DNA of 64,000 bases from Chlamydiia bacterium (GTDB lineage: Bacteria > Chlamydiota > Chlamydiia > Chlamydiales > Rhabdochlamydiaceae): contig CAWDOQ010000002.1 of the NCBI GenBank assembly GCA_963804085.1, positions 32,001 to 96,000 on the forward strand. Direction: 5' to 3'. The notes beneath the pieces are model-generated. The model did no database searches and was not told the origin of the DNA. It worked only from the letters and a program-made list of their open reading frames with translations. Each line of letters starts with the position of its first letter. The stretch's first letter is position 1. Shown in pieces: positions 19,995 through 30,832 of this stretch. The translations under genes were made by a program, and so were the position numbers.

Positions 19995-20982
19995 TTCTTC
20001 TTTCCTTTCTAAGCTTAATCTGTATGCCGAAGAGGGAAAAATACCGCCCAAATTTAAAGGGTATCTAGAAGAGTTCTATTTGAGTTTCAAGGCAGCCGTC
20101 GGCAAAGATTTCTCCTCCGAAGAGGTCTTTCTGACTGTTCTCGATCAGGTGCAACAACAGATAGAGCACCCCTTTATCTTCCAGCCCTACCATGAAAAGA
20201 TCCGAGAGCCTTTCGATTATTACAAACTGGGTCTCGACTTCTTGAGGCCGCTTGTCGATATGAAGCATTCGACTTTCAAAGGCAGGTCTCATGCGGATGA
20301 GATCTGCATGCACCTTAAGAACAAGCACAATGTGATCCTGCTTGCCAACCATCAGACCGAAGCAGACCCGCAGGCGATGAGCATCCTCTTAGAAAAGAGC
20401 CACCCTATTTTAGCGACCGATATAATCTTTGTGGCAGGTGAAAGGGTTGTAACGGATCCTCTTGCCATCCCTTTTAGCATGGGAAGAAATCTTTTGTGCA
20501 TCTACTCCAAAAGATATATCGACCATCCTCCCGAAGAAAAACTCAAAAAACAGCTGCACAATAAGCGCACTATGGAGCTGATGAGCACTCTTCTAAGTGA
20601 AGGCGGAAAGTGCATCTATGTCGCACCCAGTGGTGGACGCGACCGCCCCAATAGCGCCGGCGTAGTCGAGGTGGCGCCATTTGATCCGCAAAGCGTCGAG
20701 ATGCTCTATCTCATGGCAAAAAAAGCGAAACGTCCCACCTTCTTCTATCCGCTTGCTTTGAACACATACGCTCTTCTTCCTCCTCCGCAAGAGATAAGAA
20801 GAGAACTGGGCGAGGCGCGCTCGACACAAAAGGGGGCGATCCATATAGCTTTTGGCCGCGAGGTCGATATGGAGCATTTTCCCGGAAATGAAGATAAGGA
20901 CAAACATGTGCGCAGAAAAGCGCGCGCAAATTATATCTGGAACCTGGTAAAAGAGGATTATGCGTCTATCTCTGCTCTGTAA
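19972..20982 (+). CDS. plsB: Glycerol-3-phosphate acyltransferase, plastid/chlamydial type
   Basis: NHQTEADP, VAGERV, PFSMGRNLLCIYSK, APSGGRDR. Confidence 0.9.
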   Translation: MASNSKSSSSFLSKLNLYAEEGKIPPKFKGYLEEFYLSFKAAVGKDFSSEEVFLTVLDQVQQQIEHPFIFQPYHEKIREPFDYYKLGLDFLRPLVDMKHSTFKGRSHADEICMHLKNKHNVILLANHQTEADPQAMSILLEKSHPILATDIIFVAGERVVTDPLAIPFSMGRNLLCIYSKRYIDHPPEEKLKKQLHNKRTMELMSTLLSEGGKCIYVAPSGGRDRPNSAGVVEVAPFDPQSVEMLYLMAKKAKRPTFFYPLALNTYALLPPPQEIRRELGEARSTQKGAIHIAFGREVDMEHFPGNEDKDKHVRRKARANYIWNLVKEDYASISAL

Positions 20983-23857
20983 AGCCCTATTCTGCTCGCT
21001 TACTCTCACTGCTTTTGCAGAGGGGCCGGGCTATAAACAAATTGCCGATAAGGCCACGCTTCCACTTTTAAATCCCTCTCTTGCGGAACGAAAAACCGCG
21101 AAGATCATTCTTGATAACGGCCTTGAAGCCTATCTGATCTCAGATCCAGAGGTAGACCAGTCGGCAGCAGGACTCTCTGTAGAAGCAGGCTCTTGGCAAG
21201 ATCCAAAAGAGTACCCCGGCATGGCCCACTTTCTCGAGCATATGCTCTTTATGGGAAATAAGGCCTTTCCGGAAGAGTCGGAGTACATGCAGTATATCCA
21301 TGACCATGGCGGGAATGTAAACGCGTCCACATGGCCCGATCGCACTCTCTACATGTTCTCGATCAACAATGAAGCTTTTACCGGAGCACTTGATCGCTTC
21401 TCCCATTTTTTTATCGATCCCCTCTTTAAAACCTCTTGCATCAATAGAGAGCTGCATGCAGTCGATCAAGAGCACGCCAAAAACATCGAAAATGATGGCT
21501 GGCGCCAGTATATGGTATTCAAAGAGACGGGAAACCAGCGCCACCCGTTTGCAGGGTTCTCTACCGGCAACGCCAAAACACTCTCAGGAATCCCTCAAGA
21601 AGCTCTTAAGAAATGGTATAAGGAGCACTACAGTGCAAACCAGATGCATCTGGTCGTTCTCTCTCCCTTGCCGATAGAGGAGCTGATCTCTCTTACAGTC
21701 TGCCACTTCTCTTCTGTCCCCTCTCATGAGGTTACAGAAAATGCACTGCCCACATACATCTCTTCGCCCAAGCAGTGGGGCCATATCATCTACTTAAAGC
21801 CGATCAAAGATCTAAGAACACTCTCGATCACTTGGGAGGTGCCTCCCCTATTCTCGCAAGACGATGAAAAAAAGGTTGTCGATCTTATCGCCTATGTGCT
21901 CAGTAAAGAGAGTGCAACTAGCCTCTCTCAACTCCTAAAAAAAGAAAAACTGGCCGAAGGGATCAAGGTTACCTCCGATCATTTTTCTAAAAACAAGCTC
22001 CTTTTTTCCATAGATGTCGACCTCACCCCTTTTGGTCTGACTCAGGTCGACACAGTTATCTCACGCTGCTTCCAAGCCCTCTCTCTTCTCAAAGAAAAGG
22101 GAGTTCCATCCTACCTCTTTTCAGAGATGAAAAAGATGGCGATGATCAACTACCAGTACCAGTCGCGCGAAGAGGCTTTCGGTTTCATCTCCCGTCATGC
22201 GCACGACATGATCGACGAAAAACTGGAGACCTATCCGGAAAAGAGCGCTATCCCCACAAGTTTTGACCCTGAATTTACGACTGCTTTTCTTGAGACTCTT
22301 ACCCCTGAAAATTGCGTCTATTTCTTAATCGCCGATCCGGAAAAGTCCAATGTTCAACCTGACAAAAAAGAGCGCTGGATGGCTGCTGAGTATGCGATGA
22401 AAGAGATCTCAGAAGAAAAGCTCGCAGCTTGGGAAAAACATGCCCTGCACCCCCAGCTCGAACTTCCTCCTGCCAACCCCTTTATCCCCGAATCTTTGGC
22501 TCTCGTCTCTATGGACACGGAAGCAAAAGATGCCCCGCTCGCCCCCTGTTTGCTCGCAAGCGACCCCTCTTCCAAGGTCTACTTTGCACAAGACAAGCGC
22601 TATCAGGTGCCGGAAGTCACCGCACTCTTTGGCCTGCGCACACCTCTGATCGATGGTTCATCTAAAAGCTTAGTCCTTTCTGATCTCTACATTAAAGCGC
22701 TTTACGAGAAGCTACTACCTACATTGGGCTACGCAAAAGATGCGGGCCTCTCCTCCTCATTTGGTTTGCAAAATTTAAGCATGACCATCCGGGTGTCCGG
22801 CTATAATTCCAAAGCCCCTCTTCTTATAGAGACGATCTTCGCCTCTTTAAAGAGTGTCGCGCCGACAAAAGAGCAGTTTGAGATCTATAAGGCCTCGCTT
22901 ATTTCCGACTATGAGAATGGCTCAAAAGAGCTCCCTGTAAGGCAAGCAAATGAGCTTTTAGGCAGCATCCTCTATAACGACGCTCCCCAATCGCAAGAAA
23001 AAGCAAAAACAATAAAGAGCATCTCTTACGAAGATTTCATCATCTTTTCTAAGAATCTGCTCAAACGCTCCTTTGTGGAGAGCGTGCTCTACGGCAACAT
23101 CTCTCAAACGGAAGCTCAAGCCCTCTGGTCGACATTAAAAGCCTCTCTTGCTTCTTCTCCCTATCCCGCTCAAGAGCAGCTCCATCGCCGCATCTTGCTT
23201 CTTCCACAGAAGAAGGGACCGCATCTCATCCAACAGACTACCGAAAGACAAGGAAACGGTGTGGTTCTCGTTCTGCAAGAGGGCCCCTTTAGCTTTGAAA
23301 GACGCTCCGCCCAGCAGATCCTCTCTAAAGCGCTACAAGAGGCGTTCTTTGAAACGCTTCGCACCAAACAGCAGACCGGCTATATGGCTAAAGCTTGGGA
23401 TGCAGAAGTGGAGAGACAGCTTCTGCAGTTTTTTGCTGTCCAATCGATCTCCCACCACCCCACCGATCTGATCGCACGCTTCGAGCTCTTCTTGGAAGAC
23501 TTCTTGAAATACATGCCCGAATCCTTCTCCAAAGAGCGGTTTGAAAATATACGCCAGATGCTGATCGTCACATTAAAAATGCCGCCTGAGAATTTGGAAG
23601 CAATGGCACTACGTCTCAATACCCTTGCCTTCAACTATGACGGCGATTTTGGCTGGTTTGACAAACGGATCGAGGCTGTAAAAGCCATTAGCTACGAAAA
23701 GCTTATCGAGCTTGCACACGAGTTCTTGTCGCGCGCAAACGTACGCAGGTTAGCCGTGCTGATGGAAGGGATTCTCCCAATAGAGAATGATTTCCACTAC
23801 GAAGAGATCTCCAAAGAGGAGATCGCAGATCTCGGAGCCTTCGTCTCCGCCAAATAG
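20960..23857 (+). CDS. ptr: Insulinase-family (M16A) metalloprotease, pitrilysin-like
   Basis: Signal peptide, GMAHFLEHMLFMG (HxxEH), FETLRTKQQTGY. Confidence 0.92.
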   Translation: MRLSLLCKALFCSLTLTAFAEGPGYKQIADKATLPLLNPSLAERKTAKIILDNGLEAYLISDPEVDQSAAGLSVEAGSWQDPKEYPGMAHFLEHMLFMGNKAFPEESEYMQYIHDHGGNVNASTWPDRTLYMFSINNEAFTGALDRFSHFFIDPLFKTSCINRELHAVDQEHAKNIENDGWRQYMVFKETGNQRHPFAGFSTGNAKTLSGIPQEALKKWYKEHYSANQMHLVVLSPLPIEELISLTVCHFSSVPSHEVTENALPTYISSPKQWGHIIYLKPIKDLRTLSITWEVPPLFSQDDEKKVVDLIAYVLSKESATSLSQLLKKEKLAEGIKVTSDHFSKNKLLFSIDVDLTPFGLTQVDTVISRCFQALSLLKEKGVPSYLFSEMKKMAMINYQYQSREEAFGFISRHAHDMIDEKLETYPEKSAIPTSFDPEFTTAFLETLTPENCVYFLIADPEKSNVQPDKKERWMAAEYAMKEISEEKLAAWEKHALHPQLELPPANPFIPESLALVSMDTEAKDAPLAPCLLASDPSSKVYFAQDKRYQVPEVTALFGLRTPLIDGSSKSLVLSDLYIKALYEKLLPTLGYAKDAGLSSSFGLQNLSMTIRVSGYNSKAPLLIETIFASLKSVAPTKEQFEIYKASLISDYENGSKELPVRQANELLGSILYNDAPQSQEKAKTIKSISYEDFIIFSKNLLKRSFVESVLYGNISQTEAQALWSTLKASLASSPYPAQEQLHRRILLLPQKKGPHLIQQTTERQGNGVVLVLQEGPFSFERRSAQQILSKALQEAFFETLRTKQQTGYMAKAWDAEVERQLLQFFAVQSISHHPTDLIARFELFLEDFLKYMPESFSKERFENIRQMLIVTLKMPPENLEAMALRLNTLAFNYDGDFGWFDKRIEAVKAISYEKLIELAHEFLSRANVRRLAVLMEGILPIENDFHYEEISKEEIADLGAFVSAK

Positions 23858-25095
23858 CCATTGATCATATTGTGTGCTAAACTTGCGATATTCTCTTGAA
23901 AGTTAGGCACACGGAATGAGCCCGTTGCAGTGGGATGGGGTGCGTCACTATCCAAAAGAGTAGTCACTTTGCTTCCCAGCTCTTTAAAATCAAAGAGCGC
24001 ATCTCCGAGATTATGCTTTTTAACAAAAGCGACATTGAACCTCTCCCACCAGATGTGTCTAGCAGAGGAGTACTTGGTATTATCGAGAAGCAGCTTTCTG
24101 CCTAAGTAGATCACCTCATTTACCGAGCAAGAGCCGGTCTTTGTAATAACCAGATCGGACGCAGCCATGATCTCTGTGACCTCTTTTGTGTAAGAGCGGA
24201 TGTGCAGAAGCACGCCTTTAGCGGTAAGAAGGCTCTGGCACCCCTCGCTCTCCCTTACGATCTCGCTGTTTTGCGAGAGAAGGAGCTTTAAGATTTTCTT
24301 GCCGATCCTCTTATTCCTGCCAATACAAACGTTGATTTGAACAGGAAACGGAAGTGTGATCTTGGTGAACTCTTTGACATAGCGAAAAAGAACATCGCCA
24401 CCTACTGCGCCCATCATCAACGTGATCGTTTTTCGGACCGCATCCATCCCATGCTTCTCTTTAAGAGAGCGCACCTCTTCGGGTGAATACTTCTTCTGGC
24501 AAGCGGGTCTTATTGGGAAGCCGGTAACGGAAAAGTGTTTAGATTTGAGATTACTCTCTAAGACAATCTTCAAATACAGGTCGGGATCGTCATAGGGAAT
24601 CGCCAATTTGAACTTCTCATCCTCTTTAAAATCGATCTCATTCATTCCCACCAAAAAGGTATCAGTATCGAGATCTGTCGGAATAAGTAGAAAAGGAAGA
24701 TCGCATTTAGAAGTCGCCGAGCAAAGAATGGCGTTAAATTTTGGCACCGTAGAAATGACGAGAGCGAGAGTCTCATTTCCTTTCTGGTTAAATCTCTTTA
24801 TAAACTCGCGTTCGAGCACTTTGCGAAAAAAATGGATGTAGCGAATGCCAGCCCGCGTGAGCAGCGCAACGGTTCGATGCAGCCCTTTTCTCAAGAAGAG
24901 GTTATAGACCTCCTCTCCCGTAAAAAGGCCGAATGTGAAGCGTGGGAAGTCAACTATCGAGAAGATCTCTGTGAGGACATTCACCGCTTCCACTTCATAG
25001 TGGGGTCCTAAGATCTCTTGTAAAGAATCGGCGGCGGTCTTATGCCCCCCTCCACCTTCGCACATGAACACAAGAACCTTACGCCGTGTTTTCAC
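23797..25095 (-). CDS. GT28 family glycosyltransferase (MGDG synthase/UgtP-like)
   Basis: GGGHKTAAD, PTD, TGFPIRP, MAASDLVITKTG.SV.E. Confidence 0.8.
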   Translation of the reverse strand: MKTRRKVLVFMCEGGGGHKTAADSLQEILGPHYEVEAVNVLTEIFSIVDFPRFTFGLFTGEEVYNLFLRKGLHRTVALLTRAGIRYIHFFRKVLEREFIKRFNQKGNETLALVISTVPKFNAILCSATSKCDLPFLLIPTDLDTDTFLVGMNEIDFKEDEKFKLAIPYDDPDLYLKIVLESNLKSKHFSVTGFPIRPACQKKYSPEEVRSLKEKHGMDAVRKTITLMMGAVGGDVLFRYVKEFTKITLPFPVQINVCIGRNKRIGKKILKLLLSQNSEIVRESEGCQSLLTAKGVLLHIRSYTKEVTEIMAASDLVITKTGSCSVNEVIYLGRKLLLDNTKYSSARHIWWERFNVAFVKKHNLGDALFDFKELGSKVTTLLDSDAPHPTATGSFRVPNFQENIASLAHNMINGYLAETKAPRSAISSLEISS

Positions 25096-25109
25096 AAATC
25101 ACTTTCCTT

Positions 25110-27740
25110 TTATTTTTGATGCTCGCTCATCTGCTGAATGAGTTTGGCTATAAGCCCTGTCCACCCTGTTTGGTGCCAAGCTCCCAATCCTGCTCCGGTG
25201 TCTCCATTAAAATACTCCGGAAAAATGAGATTCTCTTTCCAAAATGGATCATTTTGCATGGTGGAGTTATTACCATAAATGGGTCTTTTGCCTGCCGTGT
25301 CTTTTTCAAACATCCGAATCAGTCTGTTAGAAATCTCACTTGCCACTTCCCACAAGGTGAGCATTTTTCCCGAACGAGCCGGACACTCCACCTTATACTC
25401 ATCTCCAAAATAATAGTGAAACTTTTGCAGAGATTCAATGATTAACATATTAAGCGGAAACCAGATAGGACCGCGCCAGTTGGAGTTGCCTCCAAAGAGT
25501 TTGATAGTAGACTCCGCCGCCTCATAGTCCACCGTGTACTCCTGACCATCTAAGCCAAGTGTAAAAGGGTGTTTTTCATGGTACTTCGAAAGCGAACGAA
25601 TCCCATACGGGCTTAAAAACTCCTCTTCGTCGAGCATCTTGGCAAGCACACGCTTCAGCCTTTCACCGGTTAGAATTGATAAAAGCCTTCTCCCCTCTCT
25701 ACCGGGCTTGCGCATCGAGGCCACCCTTTCGCATAGATCGCCTCGGTAGTTTAAAAACCATTCCAGCCGCTTATTAAAGCCCGGAAATTTTTGTAAGTGT
25801 GTGGCGGAGAGCGTTGTGACAGCAAATAAGGGAATGATTCCTACCATCGAACGCACCTTAAGCGGATAGTGTGCGCCTTCGGGCAACATCAAAAGATCGT
25901 AGTAAAAACCGTCCTCTTCATGCCAGAGAGGCAACCGCTTCTCGCTCTGATAATTGATCGCTTCAGAAATATAGAGAAAATGTTCGAAGAACTTACTCGC
26001 CATATCCTCATAGCTCTTATTGACCTCTGCGAGCTCAAGCGCCATCGTGAGCATGTTCAAGCAGTACATCCCCATCCAGCTCGTCGCGTCGGATTGGAAT
26101 AAAGTACCCCCTTTGGGAATCAGCTCGCTTCGATTGAAGACACTGATGTTATCCATCCCCAAAAAGCCGCCTTTGAAGATGTTCTTTCCATCTGCATCCT
26201 TACGGTTGACCCACCAGGTAAAGTTGAGCAATAGCTTTTGAAATATCCTCTCCAAAAAGACAAGATCTTTCTTTTGGTGCATCTTCTGTTCGATCTTGTA
26301 GACCCGCCAGGCAGCCCATGCTTGCACGGGAGGACTCACGTCATCAAACGACCATTCGCCTGCAGGCAGCTGCCCATTAGGATGCATGTACCATTCGCGC
26401 GTGAGCAGCGTTAGCTGCTTTTTCGCATATTCAGGGTCGATCATAGCAAGCGGCAGCGTATGAAAAGCGCTATCCCAGGAGAAGTAGCAAGGGTACTCCC
26501 ACTTGTCGGGAACAGAGAGAATATCCTCGTTGTAGAGGTGGACCCATTCTGCGTTTCGGACAACATCTCTTCGCGGCTGCCTTGCATGCTGCAGCGGATC
26601 TTTTTTCATCCACTCTTCAACGACATAGTTGTAGTACTGCTTATTCCAGAGCATACCTGCAAACGCTTGTCTTTGAATTTGAGCAAGCTCATCCGATAAA
26701 TTCTCAGGCATAAGAGCTTTGTAAAAAGCATCCGCCTCCTCCTTGCGCACTTTCAACGTCTCAAGAAAACCCTGAAAAGGAGAGGCGAGATCCGCCTGAT
26801 CAGAGAGACGCAGCTTCCAGGTGTAGGAAGAATTGGGAGCGATCTCTACTTTGTAGTGGAGTGCCGATTTTGTCCCCTGCAGCGCAGGATTTACCGCTTC
26901 TTTTGTCCCCTTAATCACGTAATTATGAAAGGCATCTTTTACGTAGGGTGAGCTATTCTCTTTTCCCCATAGTCGCTTGGTATTGGTCTCATTTTCTGTA
27001 AACAAAAGCTCGGGCGCGCCTTCGAAATAGAGATAGCGCTTGCCAAACTCGAAATGCTCTGCACCAAGAGTTCTGTCGCTCTTTTTGTAAATATTGGGCT
27101 TAGCCTTCTTCTCCCAGTGCCACGTATTACGAAACCAGAGCGTGGGAAGAAAATGGAGGAGCCTCTTTTCTTTTCCGCGATTAACTGCTGTGATAGAGAT
27201 GCAAATATCATCGGGAGAGCTCTTGGCATATTCGATAAAGATGTCGAAGTAGCGATTCTCTGCAAAAATGCCCGTATCCAAAAGCTCATACTCGGGATCA
27301 CGCACAGAGCGCGCGGCATTCTCTTTTACTAGCTTATCATAAGGGAAGGCGTTCTGCGGATACTTGTACAGATAACGCATGTAGCTATGCGTTGGCGTGT
27401 TGTCCAAGTAAAAGTAGTACTCTTTGACATCCTCGCCATGGTTGCCCTCTGTGCCAGTGAGCCCAAAAAGACGCTCTTTTAAAATGGGATCCTCTCCATT
27501 CCAAAAAGCAAAAGCTAAATTGAGGCGTCCATGGTTGTCTGAGATCCCGCCAATCCCATCTTCACCCCAGCGATAGGCACGCGAGCGTGCCATATCATGC
27601 GTGAAGTAGTTCCACACATCCCCATTTTCGCTGTAATCCTCACGGACCGTCGCCCACTCGCGCTCACTCAAATAGGGGCCCCAGCGCTTCCAATGGCGCT
27701 TCTTCTCTCTATCCTCCTCAAGTCGCTCCTTCTCACTCAT
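25110..27740 (-). CDS. GH63/MGH1-like glycoside hydrolase (glucosidase)
   Basis: WGPYLSEREW, AYRWGEDG, PDKWEYP, GNSNWRGPIW, EYF.GD.G.GLGA.HQTGWT. Confidence 0.9.
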   Translation of the reverse strand: MSEKERLEEDREKKRHWKRWGPYLSEREWATVREDYSENGDVWNYFTHDMARSRAYRWGEDGIGGISDNHGRLNLAFAFWNGEDPILKERLFGLTGTEGNHGEDVKEYYFYLDNTPTHSYMRYLYKYPQNAFPYDKLVKENAARSVRDPEYELLDTGIFAENRYFDIFIEYAKSSPDDICISITAVNRGKEKRLLHFLPTLWFRNTWHWEKKAKPNIYKKSDRTLGAEHFEFGKRYLYFEGAPELLFTENETNTKRLWGKENSSPYVKDAFHNYVIKGTKEAVNPALQGTKSALHYKVEIAPNSSYTWKLRLSDQADLASPFQGFLETLKVRKEEADAFYKALMPENLSDELAQIQRQAFAGMLWNKQYYNYVVEEWMKKDPLQHARQPRRDVVRNAEWVHLYNEDILSVPDKWEYPCYFSWDSAFHTLPLAMIDPEYAKKQLTLLTREWYMHPNGQLPAGEWSFDDVSPPVQAWAAWRVYKIEQKMHQKKDLVFLERIFQKLLLNFTWWVNRKDADGKNIFKGGFLGMDNISVFNRSELIPKGGTLFQSDATSWMGMYCLNMLTMALELAEVNKSYEDMASKFFEHFLYISEAINYQSEKRLPLWHEEDGFYYDLLMLPEGAHYPLKVRSMVGIIPLFAVTTLSATHLQKFPGFNKRLEWFLNYRGDLCERVASMRKPGREGRRLLSILTGERLKRVLAKMLDEEEFLSPYGIRSLSKYHEKHPFTLGLDGQEYTVDYEAAESTIKLFGGNSNWRGPIWFPLNMLIIESLQKFHYYFGDEYKVECPARSGKMLTLWEVASEISNRLIRMFEKDTAGKRPIYGNNSTMQNDPFWKENLIFPEYFNGDTGAGLGAWHQTGWTGLIAKLIQQMSEHQK

Positions 27741-27743
27741 GAT

Positions 27744-28601
27744 TTAAGCCGCTTTTGCACGCATAGCGGAGCGGCGAATGAAAGCCAAAAGCTCCTCATT
27801 GATCTCTTCTTTGTGTGTCGAGCACATACCATGCGGGGCGCCCTTAAATACTTTGAGCTCTGCATTTTTGATCAGCTTTTGCATGCGATAAGAAGAGTCT
27901 TTAATCGGGACGATCTGATCCTGATCTCCATGCAAAATCAAGGTGGGCACATCGATTTTCTTAAGGTCCGAGGTAAAATCGGTCTCAGAAAAGGCTTCGA
28001 TACAATCGTAGATTCCTTTAAATCCTCCCAGCATCGCTTGCAGCCAAAAGGAGTCTCTTAGGCCTTGCGACACTCTTTTCGGATCGCGGTTAGCTCCATA
28101 AAAAGGTGTAGTGAGCTCTTTAAAATATTGGGACCTGTCTTGTAAGACACCCGCACGAATTTGATCAAATGTCTCCATCGGAAGCCCGTCCGGATTAGAT
28201 TTGCTCTTCAGCATCACAGGAGGCACGGCTGAGATAAGCACCAGTTTTGCCACACGCTTTGTCCCATGCCGGCCGACGTAGCGCACCACTTCGCCCCCTC
28301 CGGTGGAGTGGCCGATATGGATCGCCTCTTTCAAGTCGAGTGCAGTTACAAGCTTGGCAAGATCATCTGCATAGGTGTTCATCTCATTGCCTTCCCATGT
28401 CTGACTCGAGCGACCATGGCCACGGCGATCATGAGCAATACAGCGATATCCTTTGGATGCCAAATAGAACATCTGGTCTTCCCATGCATCTGCAGTGAGC
28501 GGCCAGCCATGACTAAACACAATCGGTTGCCCGGTCCCCCAATCTTTGTAATAGATCTGAATCTCTTGCTTCTTCTCCTTACCCACAGTGATATAACTCA
28601 T
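27744..28601 (-). CDS. cpo: Non-heme chloroperoxidase-type alpha/beta hydrolase
   Basis: [46 protein letters not shown]. Confidence 0.9.
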   Translation of the reverse strand: MSYITVGKEKKQEIQIYYKDWGTGQPIVFSHGWPLTADAWEDQMFYLASKGYRCIAHDRRGHGRSSQTWEGNEMNTYADDLAKLVTALDLKEAIHIGHSTGGGEVVRYVGRHGTKRVAKLVLISAVPPVMLKSKSNPDGLPMETFDQIRAGVLQDRSQYFKELTTPFYGANRDPKRVSQGLRDSFWLQAMLGGFKGIYDCIEAFSETDFTSDLKKIDVPTLILHGDQDQIVPIKDSSYRMQKLIKNAELKVFKGAPHGMCSTHKEEINEELLAFIRRSAMRAKAA

Positions 28602-28661
28602 ACTAGAATATTCCTTCCTTACTTCTTATTAAAGGAAGAGAAAACGCAAAGTCACGAAGAA

Positions 28662-28713
28662 CCGTGTGCGATCCGGATAATTGGCACAGGCAGAGGCACG
28701 GGCACAGGCACGT
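28662..28713. repeat. Hexamer-period element, mostly right arm only
   Basis: ATCCGGAT followed by GGCACAGGCAGAGGCACGGGCACAGGCACGT. Confidence 0.8.
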
Positions 28714-28730
28714 ATAAAGAAGAACGAACA

Positions 28731-30788
28731 TTAAACTTTGCAGGGGTATTTGATGCGGAGGTGGCGGGCAAGCGAGAGGGTGTGGATGAAGGATTTTTTC
28801 ACGGCTTCGAGCTCTGAGAAAGTGAGGGTGCACTCTTGCAGCTGTCCTTCTGCGATCTTTTCATGGATTAGCTTTTCGACCATTTCGCTAATGCACTCTT
28901 CAGTTGCTTCATCAAGCGAGCGGGAGGCGGCTTCAAGGGTATCTGCCATCATGATGATTGCAGACTCTTTTGTGCGTGGTTTTGGTCCCATGTAGGAGAA
29001 CTTTTTCTTCTCCACCTTTTCGGCATCTCCTTGCATGAGCTCAATCTGCTTCCAGTAGAAGTAGTAGGTGAGCGTCGTGCCATGGTGCTCGCGGATGATA
29101 TCGATGAAGCTCTCGGGCAGCCTATGTTTGCGCGCGAGCGCCTCTCCTTCTCCGATGTGTGCGAGAATCACATGGGCCGACTCCGATGGAGTGAGAAGCT
29201 GGTGAATGTCCAAGCCACCCTGCTGGTTTTCGCTAAAGTAGTGAGGGTTAAAGAGCTTGCCGACATCGTGATAGAGCGTAGAGGCTCTACAAAAGAGGCC
29301 GTTGGCATGGATGGCGCGTGCGGCAGACTCGGCCAGGTGTCCGACGACAAGTGAATGCTGATAGGTACCGGGCGCTTCAACGCTAAGCCGTCTGAGAAGA
29401 GGGTGGTTGGGATCGAGATACTCCATGAGCGTCATCTCTGTCACGACGGGGAAGAGAGACTCCACAATCGTCAAAAAGGCGAGCGCAATCACCGACGAGA
29501 AGAGCATAAAGAGAGAGCTTCCAAAAAGATCATGGACAAATGTTGTACTCCAAACGGTGTGATCGAGAAGATGGAAGGCCAAAAGTAGAGGGAGAGAACT
29601 GAGCCAGATCATCCCACAAATAGTGAAGATCGTGCGCCGCTTATACAAAGAGCGTGCGCCTAAAAGAGCAACCAAGCTGCCCAAAAAGTTGAGCAGAAAA
29701 AACCGGTCGTGATCGGCAGAGGTGGTGATGCCAAGTGCGAGTGTCAAAAGAATCGACGCAAAGAGGGCGACTTCCCACCCGACTAAAATGGAAGTGAGCA
29801 GCGTTGCGAGGGGGACAAGTAGCGGGTAGCGGCTGACCTCGACAAAAAAAGTGCCAAGATGCGGAAGCGCATGCGATACCGCTTTATCCAGGGCAAAGGT
29901 CAAAAGCACAATCGCAAGAAAAAGTGAGAGCTTCTGCACAGAGCGATAAAGTGTGGGATGGTAACGAAAGAGATAAAAGGCAACTAGAAGCGTAACTATT
30001 GCTGCGATACAGATGCTGCCGAAAAGATTTGCAGGCTCCCAGCTCCACTGCTTTTTTGTCAGCGCCTGTTTCATGGCCAGGAGCATCGCGACATGGCGCG
30101 CTGTCACTCGCTCTCCCGGTTCGACAAGAGAGCTTCCCGCTGCAACGCGCGTTGTCTTTACAGGCAGCTTCTCTTGCACGGCTTCTCGTAGCGTTCTTTG
30201 CAAGGAGACGTCCTGCAGCAGCTGCCAGGTATGCTTTTCAAAAAATGGGAGGATAAAATCGACGACCCGATCGTCGTCAAATTGGGTAGCGAGATGCTCT
30301 TTTACTTTTTTCCAAAATGAGACGGGTATGCCACGGGTCTCGGTCGTGGGGATCAAGTAGGGCTGCAAAAAAGGAAGGTCTAAGCTCTGGACACGATGCA
30401 GCGTGCGGGCATCGGAGTAGCGGCTTTTGACAAGTAGCCCCTCTATCTCTTGGGCTAATTTTTCTATCTTCTCGAAGCTGACTTTCGGAAAGTTATCGCG
30501 CCAGCGCGTATCTCTTTGAAGCGCTTGAGCAAAAGCGTGATGGCGCTCTTCAATCTCATTTTTCTCAATCGCTAAAATCATCCCGACATCTTTTACTGCT
30601 TCTTGTCTGAGCAGCGCTGTCACCTCTTCGTCGGGGAATTCAAAGTCGACCTGCGCGATGATGTAACAGGGTGCGATCGTACCCACTTCTAAGATCTCTA
30701 CGCGCTCTTCTCGAAAGTGCAAAAAAAGCGAAAATGAGAAGAGAAACAGGAGAGCGAGAAGAAGTCGAGCTTTGAGAATCGTTTTCAC
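28731..30788 (-). CDS. 7TM-HD phosphohydrolase, PgpH-like
   Basis: Extracytoplasmic domain, multiple TM helices, EAPGTYQHS, YHDVGK, EHHGT, MADTLEAASRSL. Confidence 0.88.
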   Translation of the reverse strand: MKTILKARLLLALLFLFSFSLFLHFREERVEILEVGTIAPCYIIAQVDFEFPDEEVTALLRQEAVKDVGMILAIEKNEIEERHHAFAQALQRDTRWRDNFPKVSFEKIEKLAQEIEGLLVKSRYSDARTLHRVQSLDLPFLQPYLIPTTETRGIPVSFWKKVKEHLATQFDDDRVVDFILPFFEKHTWQLLQDVSLQRTLREAVQEKLPVKTTRVAAGSSLVEPGERVTARHVAMLLAMKQALTKKQWSWEPANLFGSICIAAIVTLLVAFYLFRYHPTLYRSVQKLSLFLAIVLLTFALDKAVSHALPHLGTFFVEVSRYPLLVPLATLLTSILVGWEVALFASILLTLALGITTSADHDRFFLLNFLGSLVALLGARSLYKRRTIFTICGMIWLSSLPLLLAFHLLDHTVWSTTFVHDLFGSSLFMLFSSVIALAFLTIVESLFPVVTEMTLMEYLDPNHPLLRRLSVEAPGTYQHSLVVGHLAESAARAIHANGLFCRASTLYHDVGKLFNPHYFSENQQGGLDIHQLLTPSESAHVILAHIGEGEALARKHRLPESFIDIIREHHGTTLTYYFYWKQIELMQGDAEKVEKKKFSYMGPKPRTKESAIIMMADTLEAASRSLDEATEECISEMVEKLIHEKIAEGQLQECTLTFSELEAVKKSFIHTLSLARHLRIKYPCKV

Positions 30789-30832
30789 AAATTTGGTGCG
30801 CTTTTTAGCTTTGCTATTCTATAGTCTAATTT

